Below are positions 43,701 to 58,500 of a stretch of DNA of 64,000 nt, piece by piece (position 1 is the stretch's first letter; the number at the start of each line of letters is the position of its first letter). The notes below the pieces were generated by a model. The model saw only the letters and a program-made list of their open reading frames with translations, searched no databases and had not been told where the DNA came from. Position numbers and translations under genes: made by a program. Source of the stretch: the human T2T-CHM13v2.0 reference genome, Homo sapiens. The stretch lies in assembly GCF_009914755.1 (NCBI RefSeq), contig NC_060933.1, one strand, 5' to 3'.

Positions 43701-44075
43701 TCGAATGCAATGGAATGCAAAGGAATGGATTCAACTTGAATGGAAAGGAAAGAATGGAATCAACACGAGTGGAATGGCATGGATTGGAATGGAATTGAAT
43801 GGAATCAACCCGAGTACAGGGGAATGGAATGGAATGGAATGCAATGGAATGGAATCATCAGTAATGGAATGGAAAGGAATGGAATGGAATGGAATGGAAT
43901 GGAATGGAATCAACTCGATTGCAATCGAATGGAATGGAATGGAATTAACCCGAATAGAATGGAATGGAATGGAATGGAACGGAACGGAATGGAATGGAAT
44001 GGAATGGAATGGAATGGAATGGAATGGAACGGAACGGAATGGAATGGAATGGAATGGAATGGAATGGAATGGAAT
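40746..44075 (+). repeat. 4.19-kb HOR unit 7, lacking the first ~890 bp; right end of the array
   Basis: Sequence resumes at GGAAA(GGAAT)7GATAC with no CCCGGG marker. The offset to unit 6 is 3295 (4188-893). It is followed by CAACGCGAGT at 44076 rather than CAACCCGGGT. Confidence 0.88.
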
Positions 44076-44249
44076 CAACGCGAGTGCAGGGGAATGGAAT
44101 GGAATGGAATGCAATGGAATGGAATCTTCTGGAATGGAATGGAATGGAATGGAATGGAATGAAATGCAATGGATTCAACTCGATTGCAATGGAATGGAAT
44201 AGAATGGAATGGAAAAGAATGGAATGGAATTAATCCGAATAGAATGGAA

Positions 44250-47200
44250 TGGAATGGAATGGAATGGAATGGAACGGAATGGAATGGAATGGAATGGAAT
44301 GGAATGGTATGGAATGGAATGGAATGGTACGGAATAGAATGGAATGGAACCAATTGTAATGGAATGGAATTGAATGGAATGGAATGGAATGGAATGGAAT
44401 CAACGCGAGTGCAGGGGAATGTAATGGAACGGAATGCAATGGAATGGAATCATCCGGAATGGAATGGAATGGAATGGAATAGAATGGAATGGAATGGAAT
44501 CAACCCGAGTGCAATGGAATGGAGTGGAATGGAATGGAATGGAATGGAACAACCCGAATGGAATGGAATGTAATGGAGAGTAAGTGAGTTGAATAGAATC
44601 AATCCGAATGTAATGGAATGGAACGGAATGGAATGGAATGCAATGGAATGGAATCAACCCGAGTACAATGGAACGGAATGGAATGGAATGTAATGGAATG
44701 GAATGGAATGGAATGGAATGGAATCAACTCGATTGCAATCGAATGGAATGGAATGGAATTAACCCGAATAGAATGGAATGGAATGGAATGGAACGGAACG
44801 GAATGGTATGGAATGGAATGGAATGGAAAGGAAAGGAATGGAATGGAATGGAATGGAATGGAATGGAATGCCATGGAATCAACGCGAGTGCAGGGGAATG
44901 GAATGGAATCGAATGGAATGGAAAGGAATGGAATGGAATCAACCCGAGTGCAGGGGAATGTAATGGAACGGAATGCAATGGAATGGAATCATCCGGAATG
45001 GAATGGAATGGAATGGAATGGAATGGAATGGAATCAACCCGAGTGCAATGGAATGGAGTGGAATGGAATGGAATGGAATGGAATGGAACAACCCGAATGG
45101 AATGGAATGCAATGGAGAGTAAGGGAGTTGAAAAGAATCAATCCGAATGTAATGGAATGGAATGGAACGGAATGGAATGGAATGGAATGGAATGGAATGG
45201 AATGCAATGGAATGGAATCAACCCGAGTACAATGGAATGGAATGGAATGGAATGGAGTGGAATGGAATGGAATGGAATGGAATGCAATGGAATGGAATCT
45301 TCCGGAATGGAATGGAATGGAATGGAATGGAATGGAATGGAATGGAATGCAATGGATTCAACTCGATTGCAATGGAATGGAATAGAATGGAATGGAATGG
45401 AATGGAATCTAATGGAATTAAACCGAATAGAATGGAATGGAATGGAATGGAACGGAACAGAACGGAACGGAACGGAACGGAGTGGAATGGAATGGAATGG
45501 AATTGTATGGAATGGAATGGAATGGTACGGAATAGAATGGAATGGAAAGAATAGGAATGGAATGGAATCGAATGGAATGGAATGGAATGGAATGGAATCA
45601 ACCCGAGTGCAGGGTAATGTAATGGAACGGAATGCAATGGAATGGAATCATCCGGAATAGAATGGAATGGAATGGAATGGAATGGAATTGAATGGAATGG
45701 AATGCCTTCAAACCGAATGGAATGGAAAGGAATGGAATCAACACGAGTGGAATGGAATGGAATGGAAAGGAAGGGAATGGAATGGAATGGTACGGAATAG
45801 AATGAAATGGAACGAACTGGAATAGAATGGAATGGAATGGAATGGAATGGAATCAACCCGAGTACAGGGGAATGGAATGCAGTGTAATGCAATGGAATGG
45901 AATCATCCGTAATGGAATGGAAAGGTATGGAATGGAATGGAATGGAATGGAATGGAATGGAATGGAATGGAATCAACTCGATTGCAATCGAATGGAATGT
46001 AATGGAATTAACCAGAATACAATGGAATGGAATGGAACGGAACGGAACGGAACGGAATGGAATGGAATGGAATGGAACGGAAGGGAACGGAATGGAATGG
46101 AATGGAATGGAATGGAATGGAATCAACGCGAGTGCAGGGGAATGGAATGGAATGGATTGCAATGGAATGGAATCTTCCGGAATGGAATGGAATGGAATGG
46201 AATGGAATGCAATGGATTCAACTCGATTGCAATGGAATGGAATAGAATGGAATGGAATGCAATGGGATGGAATTAACCGGAATAGAATGGAATGGAATGG
46301 AATGGAACGGAATGGAACGGAATGGAATGGAATGGAATGGAATGGAATGGTATGGAATGGAATGGAATGGTACGGAATAGAATGGAATGGAACCAATTGT
46401 AATGGAATGGAATTGAATGGAATGGAATGGAATGGAATGGAATCAACGCGAGTGCAGGGGAATGTAATGGAACGGAATGCAATGGAATGGAATCATCCGG
46501 AATGGAATGGAATGGAATGGAATGGAATGGAATGGAATGGAATCAACCCGAGTGCAATGGAATGGAGTGGAATGGAATGGAATGGAATGGAACAATCCGA
46601 ATGGAATGGAATGTAATGGAGAGTAAGTGAATTGAATAGAATCAATCCGAATGTAATGGAATGGAACGGAATGGAATGGAATGCAATGGAATGGAATCAA
46701 CCCGAGTACAATGGAACGGAATGGAATGGAATGTAATGGAATGGAATGGAATGGAATGGAATGGAATCAACTCGATTGCAATCGAATGGAATGGAATGGA
46801 ATTAACCCGAATAGAATGGAATGGAATGGAATGGAACGGAACGGAATGGAATGGAATGGAATGGAATGGAAAGGAAAGGAATGGAATGGAATGGAATGGA
46901 ATGGAATGGAATGCCATGGAATCAACGCGAGTGCAGGGGAATGGAATGGAATCGAATGGAATGGAAAGGAATGGAATGGAATCAACCCGAGTGCAGGGGA
47001 ATGTAATGGAACGGAATGCAATGGAATGGAATCATCCGGAATGGAATGGAATGGAATGGAATGGAATGGAATGGAATCAACCCGAGTGCAATGGAATGGA
47101 GTGGAATGGAATGGAATGGAATGGAATGGAACAACCCGAATGGAATGGAATGCAATGGAGAGTAAGGGAGTTGAAAAGAATCAATCCGAATGTAATGGAA

Positions 47201-48300
47201 TCTAATGGAACGGAATGGAATGGAATGGAAAGGAATGGAATGGAATGCAATGGAATGGAATCAACCCGAGTACAATGGAATGGAATGGAATGTAGTGGAA
47301 TGGAATGGAATGGAATGGAATGCAATGGAATGGAATCTTCCGGAATGGAATGGAATGGAATGGAATGGAATGGAATGGAATGGAATGCAATGGATTCAAC
47401 TCGATTGCAATGGAATAGAATAGAATGGAATGGAATGGAATGGAATCTAATGGAATTAAACCGAATAGAATGGAATGGAATGGAATGGAACGGAACAGAA
47501 CGGAACGGAACGGAACGGAGTGGAATGGAATGGAATGGAATTGTATGGAATGGAATGGAATGGTACGGAATAGAATGGAATGGAAAGAATAGGAATGGAA
47601 TGGAATCGAATGGAATGGAATGGAATGGAATGGAATCAACCCGAGTGCAGGGTAATGTAATGGAACGGAATGCAATGGAATGGAATCATCCGGAATAGAA
47701 TGGAATGGAATGGAATGGAATGGAATTGAATGGAATGGAATGCCTTCAAACCGCATGGAATGGAAAGGAATGGAATCAACACGAGTGGAATGGAATGGAA
47801 TGGAAAGGAAGGGAATGGAATGGAATGGTACGGAATAGAATGAAATGGAACGAACTGGAATAGAATGGAATGGAATGGAATGGAATGGAATCAACCCGAG
47901 TACAGGGGAATGGAATGCAATGTAATGCAATGGAATGGAATCATCCGTAATGGAATGGAAAGGTATGGAATGGAATGGAATGGAATGGAATGGAATGGAA
48001 TGGAATCAACTCGATTGCAATCGAATGGAATGTAATGGAATTAACCAGAATACAATGGAATGGAATGGAACGGAACGGAACGGAATGGAATGGAATGGAA
48101 TGGAATGGAATGGAATCAACGAGAGTGCAGGGGAATTGAATGGAATGGAATGCAATGGAATGGAATCTTCCGGAATGGAATGGAATGGAATGGAATGGAA
48201 TGGAATGCAATGGATTCAACTCGATTGCAATGGAATGGAATAGAATGGAATGGAATGCAATGGGATGGAATTAACCGGAATAGAATGGAATGGAATGGAA
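44250..48300 (+). repeat. ~2.04-kb tandem dimer, moderately diverged
   Basis: ORF offsets are 2043 (44230 vs 46273; 44618 vs 46661) and 2038 (45897 vs 47935). Shared markers are CCAATTG, GTAAGTGA, TGCCATGG, GGAATCTAATGGAATTAAACC, CGAACTGG and TGGGATGGAATTAACCGG. Several substitutions separate the copies. Confidence 0.87.
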
Positions 48301-51300
48301 TGGAACGGAACGGAACGGAACGGAACGGAATGGAATGGAATGCAATGGAATTGTATGGAATGGAATGGTATGGTACGGAATATAATGGAATGGAAAGAAT
48401 TGGAATGGAATGGAATCGAATGGAATGGAATGGAATGGAATGGAAACAACCCGAGTGCAGGGGAATGTAATGGAATGGAATGTAATGGAATGGAATCATC
48501 CGGAATGGAATGGAATGGAATGGAATCAACCCGAGTGCAATGGAATGGAGTGGAATGGAATGGAATGGAATGGAATAACCCGAATGGAATGGAATGTAAT
48601 GGAGAGTAAGGGAGTTGAATAGAATCAATCCGAATGTAATGGAATGGAATGGAACGGAATGGAATTGAATGGAATGGAATGGAATGCAATGGAATGGAAT
48701 CACCCCGAGTGCAATGGAATGGAGAGGAATGGAATGGAATGGAATGGAAACTACCCGAATGGAATGGAATGTAATGGAGTGTAAGGGAATTGAATACTAT
48801 CAATCCGAATGTAATGGAATGGAATGGAACGGAATGGAATGGAATGGAATGGAATGGAATGGAATGGAATGGAATGCAAAGGAATGGAATCAACCCGAGT
48901 GCAATCGAATGGAATCGAATGGAATGGAATGCAATGGAATGGATTCAACTTGAATGGAATGGAAAGAATGGAATCAACACGAGTGGAATGGCATGGATTG
49001 GAAAGGAATGGAATGGAATCAACCCGAGTACAGGGGAATGGAATGGAATGGAATGCAATGGAATGGAATCATCCGTAATGGAATGGAAAGGAATGGAATG
49101 GAAGGGAATGGAATGGAATGGAATGGAATCAACTCGATTGCAATCGAATGGAATGGAATGGAATTAACCCGAATAGAAAGGAATGGAATGGAACGGAACG
49201 GAACGGAATGGAATGGAATGGAATGGAATGAAGTGGAATATTATCGGAACGGAATGGAATGGAATGGAATGGAATGCAATGGAATGGAATGGAATCAACG
49301 CGAGTGCAGGGGAATGGAATGGAATGGAATGCAATGGAATGGAATCTTCCTGAATGGAATGGAATGGAATAGAATGAAATGCAATGGATTCAACTCGATT
49401 GCAATGGAATGGAATAGAATGGAATGGAATGGAATGGAATGGAATTAACCAGAATAGAATGGAATGGAATGGAATGGAACGGAATGGAACGGAATGGAAT
49501 GGAATGGAATGGAATGGAATGGTATGGAATGGAATGGAATGGTACGGAATAGAATGGAATGGAACCAATTGTAATGGAATGGAATTGAATGGAATGGAAT
49601 GGAATGGAATGGAATCAACGCGAGTGCAGGGGAATGTAATGGAACGGAATGCAATGGAATGGAATCATCCGGAATGGAATGGAATGGAATGGAATGGAAT
49701 GGAATGGAATGGAATGGAATCAACCCGAGTGCAATGGAATGGAGTGGAATGGAATGGAATGGAATGGAACAACCCGAATGGAATGGAATGTAATGGAGAG
49801 TAAGTGAGTTGAATAGAATCAATCCGAATGTAATGGAATGGAACGGAATGGAACGGAATGCAATGGAATGGAATCAACCCGAGTACAATGGAACGGAATG
49901 GAATGGAATGGAATGGAATGGAATGGAATGGAATGGAATGGAATGGAATGGAATGGAATGGAATCAACCCGAGTGCAATGGAATGGAGAGGAATGGAATG
50001 GAATGGAATGGAATGGAATGGAAACTACCCGAATGGAATGGAATGTAATGGAGTGTAAGGGAATTGAATAGAATCAATCCGAATGGAATGGAATGGAATG
50101 GAACGGAATGTAATGTAATGGAATGGAATGGAATCAACCCCAGTTCAGGGGAATGGAATGGAATGGAATGCAATGGAATGGAATCATCCGGAATGGAATG
50201 GAATGGAATGCAATGGAATGGAATGGAATGGAATCAACCCGAGTGCAATGGAATCGAGTGAAATGGAATGGAATGGAATGGAAACAACCAGAATGGATTG
50301 GAATATAATGGAGTGTAAGGGAATTGAAAAGAATCAATCTGAATGTAATGAAATGGAATGGAACGGAATGGAATGGAATGGAATGAAATGGAATGCAATG
50401 GAATGGAATCAACCCGAGTGCAATCGAATGGAATCGAATGGAATGGAATGCAATGGAATGGATTCAACTACAATGGAAAGGAAAGAATGGAATCAACACG
50501 AGTGGAATGGCATGGATTGGAATGGAATGGAATGGAATCAACCCGAGTACAGGAGAATGGAATGGAATGGAATGCAATGGAATGGAATCATCAGTAATGG
50601 AATGGAAAGGAATGGAAAGGACTGGAATGGAATGGAATGGAATGGAATGGAATGGAATGGAATCAACTCGATTGCAATCGAATGGAATGGAATGGAATTA
50701 ACCCGAATAGAATGGAATGGAATGGAATGGAACGGAACGGAATGGAATGGAATGGAATGGAATGGAAAGGAAAGGAATGGAATGGAATGGAATGGAATGG
50801 AATGGAATGCCATGGAATCAACGCGAGTGCAGGGGAATGGAATGGAATCGAATGGAATGGAAAGGAATGGAATGGAATCAACCCGAGTGCAGGGGAATGT
50901 AATGGAACGGAATGCAATTGAATGGAATCATCCGGAATGGAATGGAATGGAATGGAATGGAATGGAATGGAATGGAATCAACGCGAGTGCAGGGGAATGG
51001 AATAGAATGGAATGGAATGGAATGGAATGGAATCTTCCGGAATGGAATGGAATGGAATGGAATGGAATGCAATGGATTCAACTCGATTGCAATGGAATGG
51101 AATAGAATGGAATGGAATGCAATGGGATGGAATTAACCGGAATAGAATGGAATGGAATGGAATGGAACGGAACGGAACGGAACGGAACGGAACGGAACGG
51201 AATGGAATGGAATGCAATGGAATTGTATGGAATGGAATGGTATGGTACGGAATATAATGGAATGGAAAGAATTGGAATGGAATGGAATCGAATGGAATGG

Positions 51301-52550
51301 AATGGAATGGAATAGAAACAACCCGAGTGCAGGGGAATGTAATGGAATGGAATGTAATGGAATGGAATCATCCGGAATGGAATGGAATGGAATGGAATCA
51401 ACCCGAGTGCAATGGAATGGAGTGGAATGGAATGGAATGGAATGGAACAACCCGAATGGAATGGAATGTAATGGAGAGTAAGGGAGTTGAATAGAATCAA
51501 TCCGAATGTAATGGAATGGAATGGAACGGAATGGAATGGAATGGAATGGAATGGAATGCAATGGAATGGAATCACCCCGAGTGCAATGGAATGGAGAGGA
51601 ATGGAATGGAATGGAATGGAAACTACCCGAATGGAATGGAATGTAATGGAGTGTAAGGGAATTGAATAGTATCAATCCGAATGTAATGGAATGGAATGGA
51701 ACGGAATGGAATGGAATGGAATGGAATGGAATGGAATGGAATGGAATGCAAAGGAATGGAATCAACCCGAGTGCAATCGAATGGAATCGAATGGAATGGA
51801 ATGCAATGGAATGGATTCAACTTGAATGGAATGGAAAGAATGGAATCAACACGAGTGGAATGGCATGGATTGGAAAGGAATGGAATGGAATCAACCCGAG
51901 TACAGGGGAATGGAATGGAATGGAATGCAATGGAATGGAATCATCCGTAATGGAATGGAAAGGAATGGAATGGAAGGGAATGGAATGGAATGGAATGGAA
52001 TCAACTCGATTGCAATCGAATGGAATGGAATGGAATTAACCCGAATAGAAAGGAATGGTATGGAACGGAACGGAACGGAATGGAATGGAATGGAATGGAA
52101 TGAAGTGGAATAGATCGGAACGGAATGGAATGGAATGGAATGGAATGCAATGGAATGGAATGGAATCAACGCGAGTGCAGGGGAATGGAATGGAATGGAA
52201 TGCAATGGAATGGAATCTTCCTGAATGGAATGGAATGGAATAGAATGAAATGCAATGGATTCAACTCGATTGCAATGGAATGGAATAGAATGGAATGGAA
52301 TGGAATGGAATGGAATTAACCCGAATAGAATGGAATGGAATGGAATGGAACGGAATGGAACGGAATGGAATGGAATGGAATGGAATGGAATGGAGTGGTA
52401 TGGAATGGAATGGAATGGTACGGAATAGAATGGAATGGAACGAATTGTAATGGAATGGAATTGAATGGAATGGAATGGAATGGAATGGAATCAACGCGAG
52501 TGCAGGGGAATGTAATGGAACGGAATGCAATGGAATGGAATCATCCCGAA
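48160..52550 (+). repeat. ~1.5-kb direct repeat spaced ~2.87 kb apart (~48160-49680 and ~51030-52550)
   Basis: ORF offsets of 2872 (48410/51282, 48790/51662, 48954/51826). Shared markers are CACCCCGAGT, GGTATGGTACGGAATATAAT, TGAAGTGGAATA and CTTCCTGAAT. Confidence 0.85.
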
Positions 52551-55500
52551 TGGAATGGAATGGAATGGAATGGAATCAACCGGATTGCAATGGAATGGAG
52601 TGGAATGGAATGGAATGGAATGGAATGGAATGGAATGGAATGGAATGCAATGAAATGGAATCAACCCGAGTACAATGGAATGGAATGGAATGGAATGGAA
52701 TGGAATGGAATGGAATGGAATGGAATGCCTTCAATACGAATGGAATGGAAAGGAATGGAATCAACACGAGTGGAATGGAATGGAATGGAAAGGAATGGAA
52801 TGGAATGGAATGGTACGGAATAGAATGGAATGGAATGAAATGGAATGGAATGGAACGAAATGGAGTGGAATGGAATGGAATGGAATGGAATGGAATGGAA
52901 TCGTTCCGAGTGGAATAGGAGGGAATGTATTCGAGAGGAATGGAAAGGAATGGAATCAACCAGAGTGGAATGGAAGGGAATGGAATGGAATGGAAACTAA
53001 TAGAATGAAATCAAACCGAGAGGAATGGAATGGAAAGGACAGGAATGGAATGGAATGGAATGGAATGGAATGGAATGGAATCAACCCTATTGTAATGGAA
53101 TGGAATGCAAAGGAATGGAATGGAATGGAATGGAATTAACCCAAATACAATGGAATGGAATGGAATGGAACGGAATGAATTGGAATGGAATGGAATCAAC
53201 CCGAGTGCAGGGCAATGGAATGGAATGGAATGCAATGGAATGGAATCATCCGGAATGGAATGGAATGGAATGGAATGGAATGCAAAGCAATGGAATCAAC
53301 TCGAATGCAATGGAATGGAATGGAATGGAAAGGAATACATTGAAATCAACCCGAGTGGAATGGAATGGAAAGGACTGGAATGGAGTGGAATGGAATGCAA
53401 TGGAATGGAATGGAATCAACTCGATTGGAATGGAATGGAATGGAATGGAATGGAATGGAATGGAATTAACCCGAATAGAATGGAATGGAATTAAATGGAA
53501 CGGAACGGAATGGAATGGAATGGAATGGAATGGAATGGAATGGAATCAACCCGACTGCAGGGGAATGGAATGGAATGGAATGCAATGGAATGGAAACTAC
53601 CCGAATGGAATGGAATGTAACAGAGTGTAAGGGAATTGAATAGAATCAATCCGAATGTAATGGAATGGAATGGAACGGAACGGAATGAATTGGAATGGAA
53701 TGGAATGGAATGGAATGCAATGGAATGGAATCAACCCGAGTGCAATCGAATGGAATCGAATTGAATGGAATGCAATGGAATGTATTCAACTAGAATGGAA
53801 TGGAAAGAATGGAATCAACACGAGTGGAATGGCATGGATTGGAATGGAATGGAATGGAATCAACCCGAGTACAGGGGAATGGAATGGAATGGAATGCAAT
53901 GGAATGCAATCATCCGTAATGGAATGGAAAGGAATGGAATGGAATGGAATGGAATGGAATGGAATGGAATGGAATCAACTCGATTGCAATCGAATGGAAT
54001 GGAATGAAATTAACCCGAATAGAATGGAATGGAATGGAATGGAACGGAACGGAACGGAACGGAATGGAATGGAATGGAATGGAATGGAATGGAATGGAAT
54101 GGAACGGAAAGGAATGGAATGGAATGGACTGGAATGGAATGGAATGGAATGGAATGGAATCAACGCGAGTGCAGGGGAATGGAATGGAATGGAATGAAAT
54201 ATAATGGAATCTTCCGGAATGGAATGGAAAGGAATATAATAAACCCGAGTGCAATGGAATGGAGTGGAATGGAATGGAATGGAATGGAACAACCCGAATG
54301 GAATGGAATGTAATGGAGAGTAAGGGAGTTGAATAGAATCAATCCGAATGTAATGGAATGGAATGGAACGGAATGGAATGGAATTGAATGGAATGGAATG
54401 CAATGGAATGGAATCAACCCGAGTGCAATCGAATGGAATCGAATGGAATGGAATGCAATGGAATGGATTCAACTTGAATGGAATGGAAAGAATGGAATCA
54501 ACACGAGTGGAATGGCATGGATTGGAATGGAATGTAATGGAATCAACCCGAGTACAGGGGAATGGAATGGAATGGAATGCAATGGAATGGAATCTTCCGT
54601 AATGGAATGGAAAGAATGGAATGGAAAGGAATGGAATGGAATGGAATGGAATCATCTCGATTGCAATCGAATGGAATGGAATGGAATTAACCGGAATAGA
54701 ATGGAATGGAATGGAATGGAATGGAACGGAACGGATTGGAATGGAATGGAATGGAATGGAATGGAACGGAACGGAACGGAATGGAATGGAATGGAATGGA
54801 ACGGAATGGAATCAACGCGAGTGCAGGGGAATGGAATGGAATGGAATGCAATGGAATGGAATCTTCCGGAATGGAATGGAATGGAATGGAATAGAATGGA
54901 ATGGAATGGAATGGAATGGAATTAATCCGAATAGAATGGAATGGAATGGAATGGAACGGAATAGAATGGAATGGAATGGAATGGAATGGTATGGAATGGA
55001 ATGGAATGGTACGGAATAGAATGGAATGGAACGAATTGTAATGGAATGGAATTGAATGGAATGGAATGGAATGGAATGGAATCAACGCGAGTGCAGGGAA
55101 ATGTAATGGAACGGAATGCAATGGAATGGAATCATCCGGAATGGAATGGAATGGAATGGAATGGATTGGAATGGAATCAACCCGAGTGCAATGGAATGTA
55201 ATGGAGAGTAAGGGAGTTGAATAGAATCAATCCGAATGTAATGGAATGGAATGCAACGGAATGGAATGGAATGGAATGGAATGGAATGGAATGGAATGCA
55301 ATGGAATTGAATCAACCCGAGTACAATGGAATGGAATGGAATGGATTGGAATGGAATGGAATGGAATGGAATCGAATGGAAAGATACGGAATAGAATGGA
55401 ATGGAACGAAATGGAATGGAATGGAATGGAATGGAATGGAATGGAATGGAATCGTTCCGAGTGGAATACGAGGGAATGTATTCGAGTGGAATGGAAAGGA

Positions 55501-58500
55501 ATGGTATCAACCAGAGTGGAATGGAATGGAATGGAATGGAATGGAAACTAATAGAATGGAATCAACCCGAGTGGAATGGAATGGAAAGGACTGGAATGGA
55601 ATGGAATGGAATGGAATCAACTCGGTTGTAATGGAATGGAATGGAATGGAATGGAATGGAATGGAATTAACCCGAATACATTGGAATGGAATGGAATGGA
55701 GCGGAATGGAGTAGAATGGAATGGAATCAACCGAGTGCAGGGGAATGGAATGGAATGGAATGCAATGGAATGGAATCATCCGGAATGGAATGGAATGGAA
55801 TGGAATGCAAAGCAATGGGATCAACTCGATTGCAATGGAATGGAATGGAATGGAAAGGAATACATTGGAATCAACCCGAGTGGAATGGAATGGAAAGGAC
55901 TGGAATGGAGTGGAATGGAATGGAATGGAATGGAATGGAATCAACTCGATTGGAATGGAATGGAATGGAATGGAATGGAATTAACCCGAATAGAATGGAA
56001 TGGAATGGAATGGAACGGAACGGAACGGAATGGAATGGATTGGAATGGAATGGAATGGAATGGAATGGAACGGAAAGGAATGGAATGGAATTGAATGGAA
56101 TGGAATGGAATGGAATGGAATGGAATCAAACCGAGTGCAATGGAATGGATTCGAATGGAATGGAATGGAATGGAAAGGAATAGAATGGAATCAACCCGAG
56201 TGTAATGGAATGGAAAGGACTGGAATGGAGTGGAATGGAATGGAATGGAATGGAATTAACCCGAATAGAATGGAATGGAATGGAATGGAACGGAATGGAA
56301 TGGAATGGAATGGAATGGAATGGAATGGAATGGAATGGAATCAACCCGACTGCAGGGGAATGGAATGGAATGGAATGGAATGGAATGGAATCATCCGGAA
56401 CGGAATGGAATGGAATGGAATGGAATCAACTCGATTGCAATGGAATGGAATGGAATGGAATGGAATGGAATGGAATGGAATGGAATGGAATTGAATGGAA
56501 TGGAATTCACCCGAATAGAATGGAATGGAATGGAATGGAAAGGAATGGAAGGGAAGGAAATGGAATGTAATCAACCCGAGTGCAGGGGAATGGAATGGAA
56601 CGGAATGCAATGGAATGGAATCATCCGGAATGGAATGGAATGGAATGGAATGGAATGGAATGGAATGGAATGGTATCAACCCGAGTGCAGGGGAATGTAA
56701 TGGAACGGAATGCAATGGAATGGTATCATCCGGAATGGAATGGAATGGAATGGAATGGAATGGAATGGAATGGAATCAACCCGAGTGCAATGGAATGGAG
56801 TGGAATGGAATGGAATGGAATGGAACAACCCGAATGGAATGGAATGTAATGGAGAGTAAGGGAGTTGAATAGAATCAATCCGAATGTAATGGAATGGAAT
56901 GGAACGGAATGGAATTGAATGGAATGGAATGGAATGCAATGGATTGGAATCAACCCGAGTGCAATGGAATGGAGAGGAATGGAATGGAATGGAATGGAAA
57001 CTACGCGAATGGAATGGAATGTAATGGAGTGTAAGGGAATTGAATAGAATCAATCCGAATGTAAAGGAATGGAATGGAACGGAATGGAATGGAATGGAAT
57101 GGAATGGAATGCAATGGAATGGAATCAACCCGAGTGCAATCGAATGGAATCGAATTGAATGGAATGCAATGGAATGGATTCAACTTGAATGGAATGGAAA
57201 GAATGGAATCAACACGAGTGGAATGGCATGGATTGGAATGGAATGGAATGGAATCAACCTGAGTACAGGGGAGTGGAATGGAATGGAAAGCAATGGAATG
57301 AAATCATCCGTAATGGAATGGAAAGGAATGGAATGGAATGGAATGGAATGGAATGGAATGGAATGGAATCAACTCGATTGCAATCGAATGGAATGGAATG
57401 GAATTAACCCGAATAGAATGGAATGGAATGGAATGGAACGGAACGGAATGGAATGGAATGGAATGGAATGGAACGGAATGGAATGGAATGGAACGGAATG
57501 GAATGGAATGGAATGGAATGGTATCAACGCGAGTGCAGGGGAATGGAATGGAATGGAATGCAATGGAATGGAATCTTCCGGAATGGAATGGAATGGAATG
57601 GAATGGAATGAAATGCACTGGATTCAACTCGATTGCAATGGAATGGAATAGAATGGAATGGAATGGAATGGAATGGAATTAATCCGAATAGAATGGAATG
57701 GAATGGAATGGAACGGAATGGAACGGAATGGAATGGAATGGAATGGAATGGAATGGTATGGAATGGAATGGAATGGTACGGAATAGAATGGAATGGAACG
57801 AATTGTAATGGAATGGAATTGAATGGAATGGAATGGAATGGAATGGAATCAACGCGAGTGCAGGGGAATGTAATGAAACGGAATGCAATGGAATGGAATC
57901 ATCCGGAATGGAATGGAATAGAATGGAATGGAATGGAATGGAATCAACCCGAGTGCAATGGAATGGAGTGGAATGGAATGGAATGGAACAACCCCAATGG
58001 AATGGAATGTAATGGAGAGTAAGGGAGTTGAATAGAATCAATCCGAATGTATTGGAATGGAATGCAACGGAATGGAATGGAATGGAATGCAATGGAATGC
58101 AATGGAATGGAATCAACCCGAGTACAATGGAATGGAATGGAATGGAATGGAATGGAATGGAATGGAATCGAATAGAATGGAATGGAATGGAATGATACGG
58201 AATAGAATGGAATGGAACGAAATGGAATGGAATGGAATGGAATGGAATGGAATGGAATGGAATGGAATGGAATGGAATGGAATGGAATCGTTCCGAGTGG
58301 AATAGGAGGGAATGTATTCGAGTGGAATGGAAAGGAATGGAATCAGCCAGAGTGGAATGGAAGGGAATGGAATGGAATGGAATGGAATGCAATAGAATGG
58401 AATCAACCCGAGTGCAATCGAATGGAATCAAATGGAATGGAATGCAACGGAATGGATTCAACTTGAATGGAAAGGAAAGAATGGAATCAACACGAGTGGA

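Larger units (their letters stand above)
17695..44075 (+). repeat. ~4.19-kb higher-order repeat array, 7 units (5 full, 2 truncated)
   Basis: The unit marker CAACCCGGGTGCAGAGG occurs at 17695, 21923, 26121, 30309, 32400 and 36588 (spacings 4228, 4198, 4188, 2091, 4188). Identical ORF sets recur at these offsets, and the final unit is offset by 3295 (37509 vs 40804). Confidence 0.95.
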
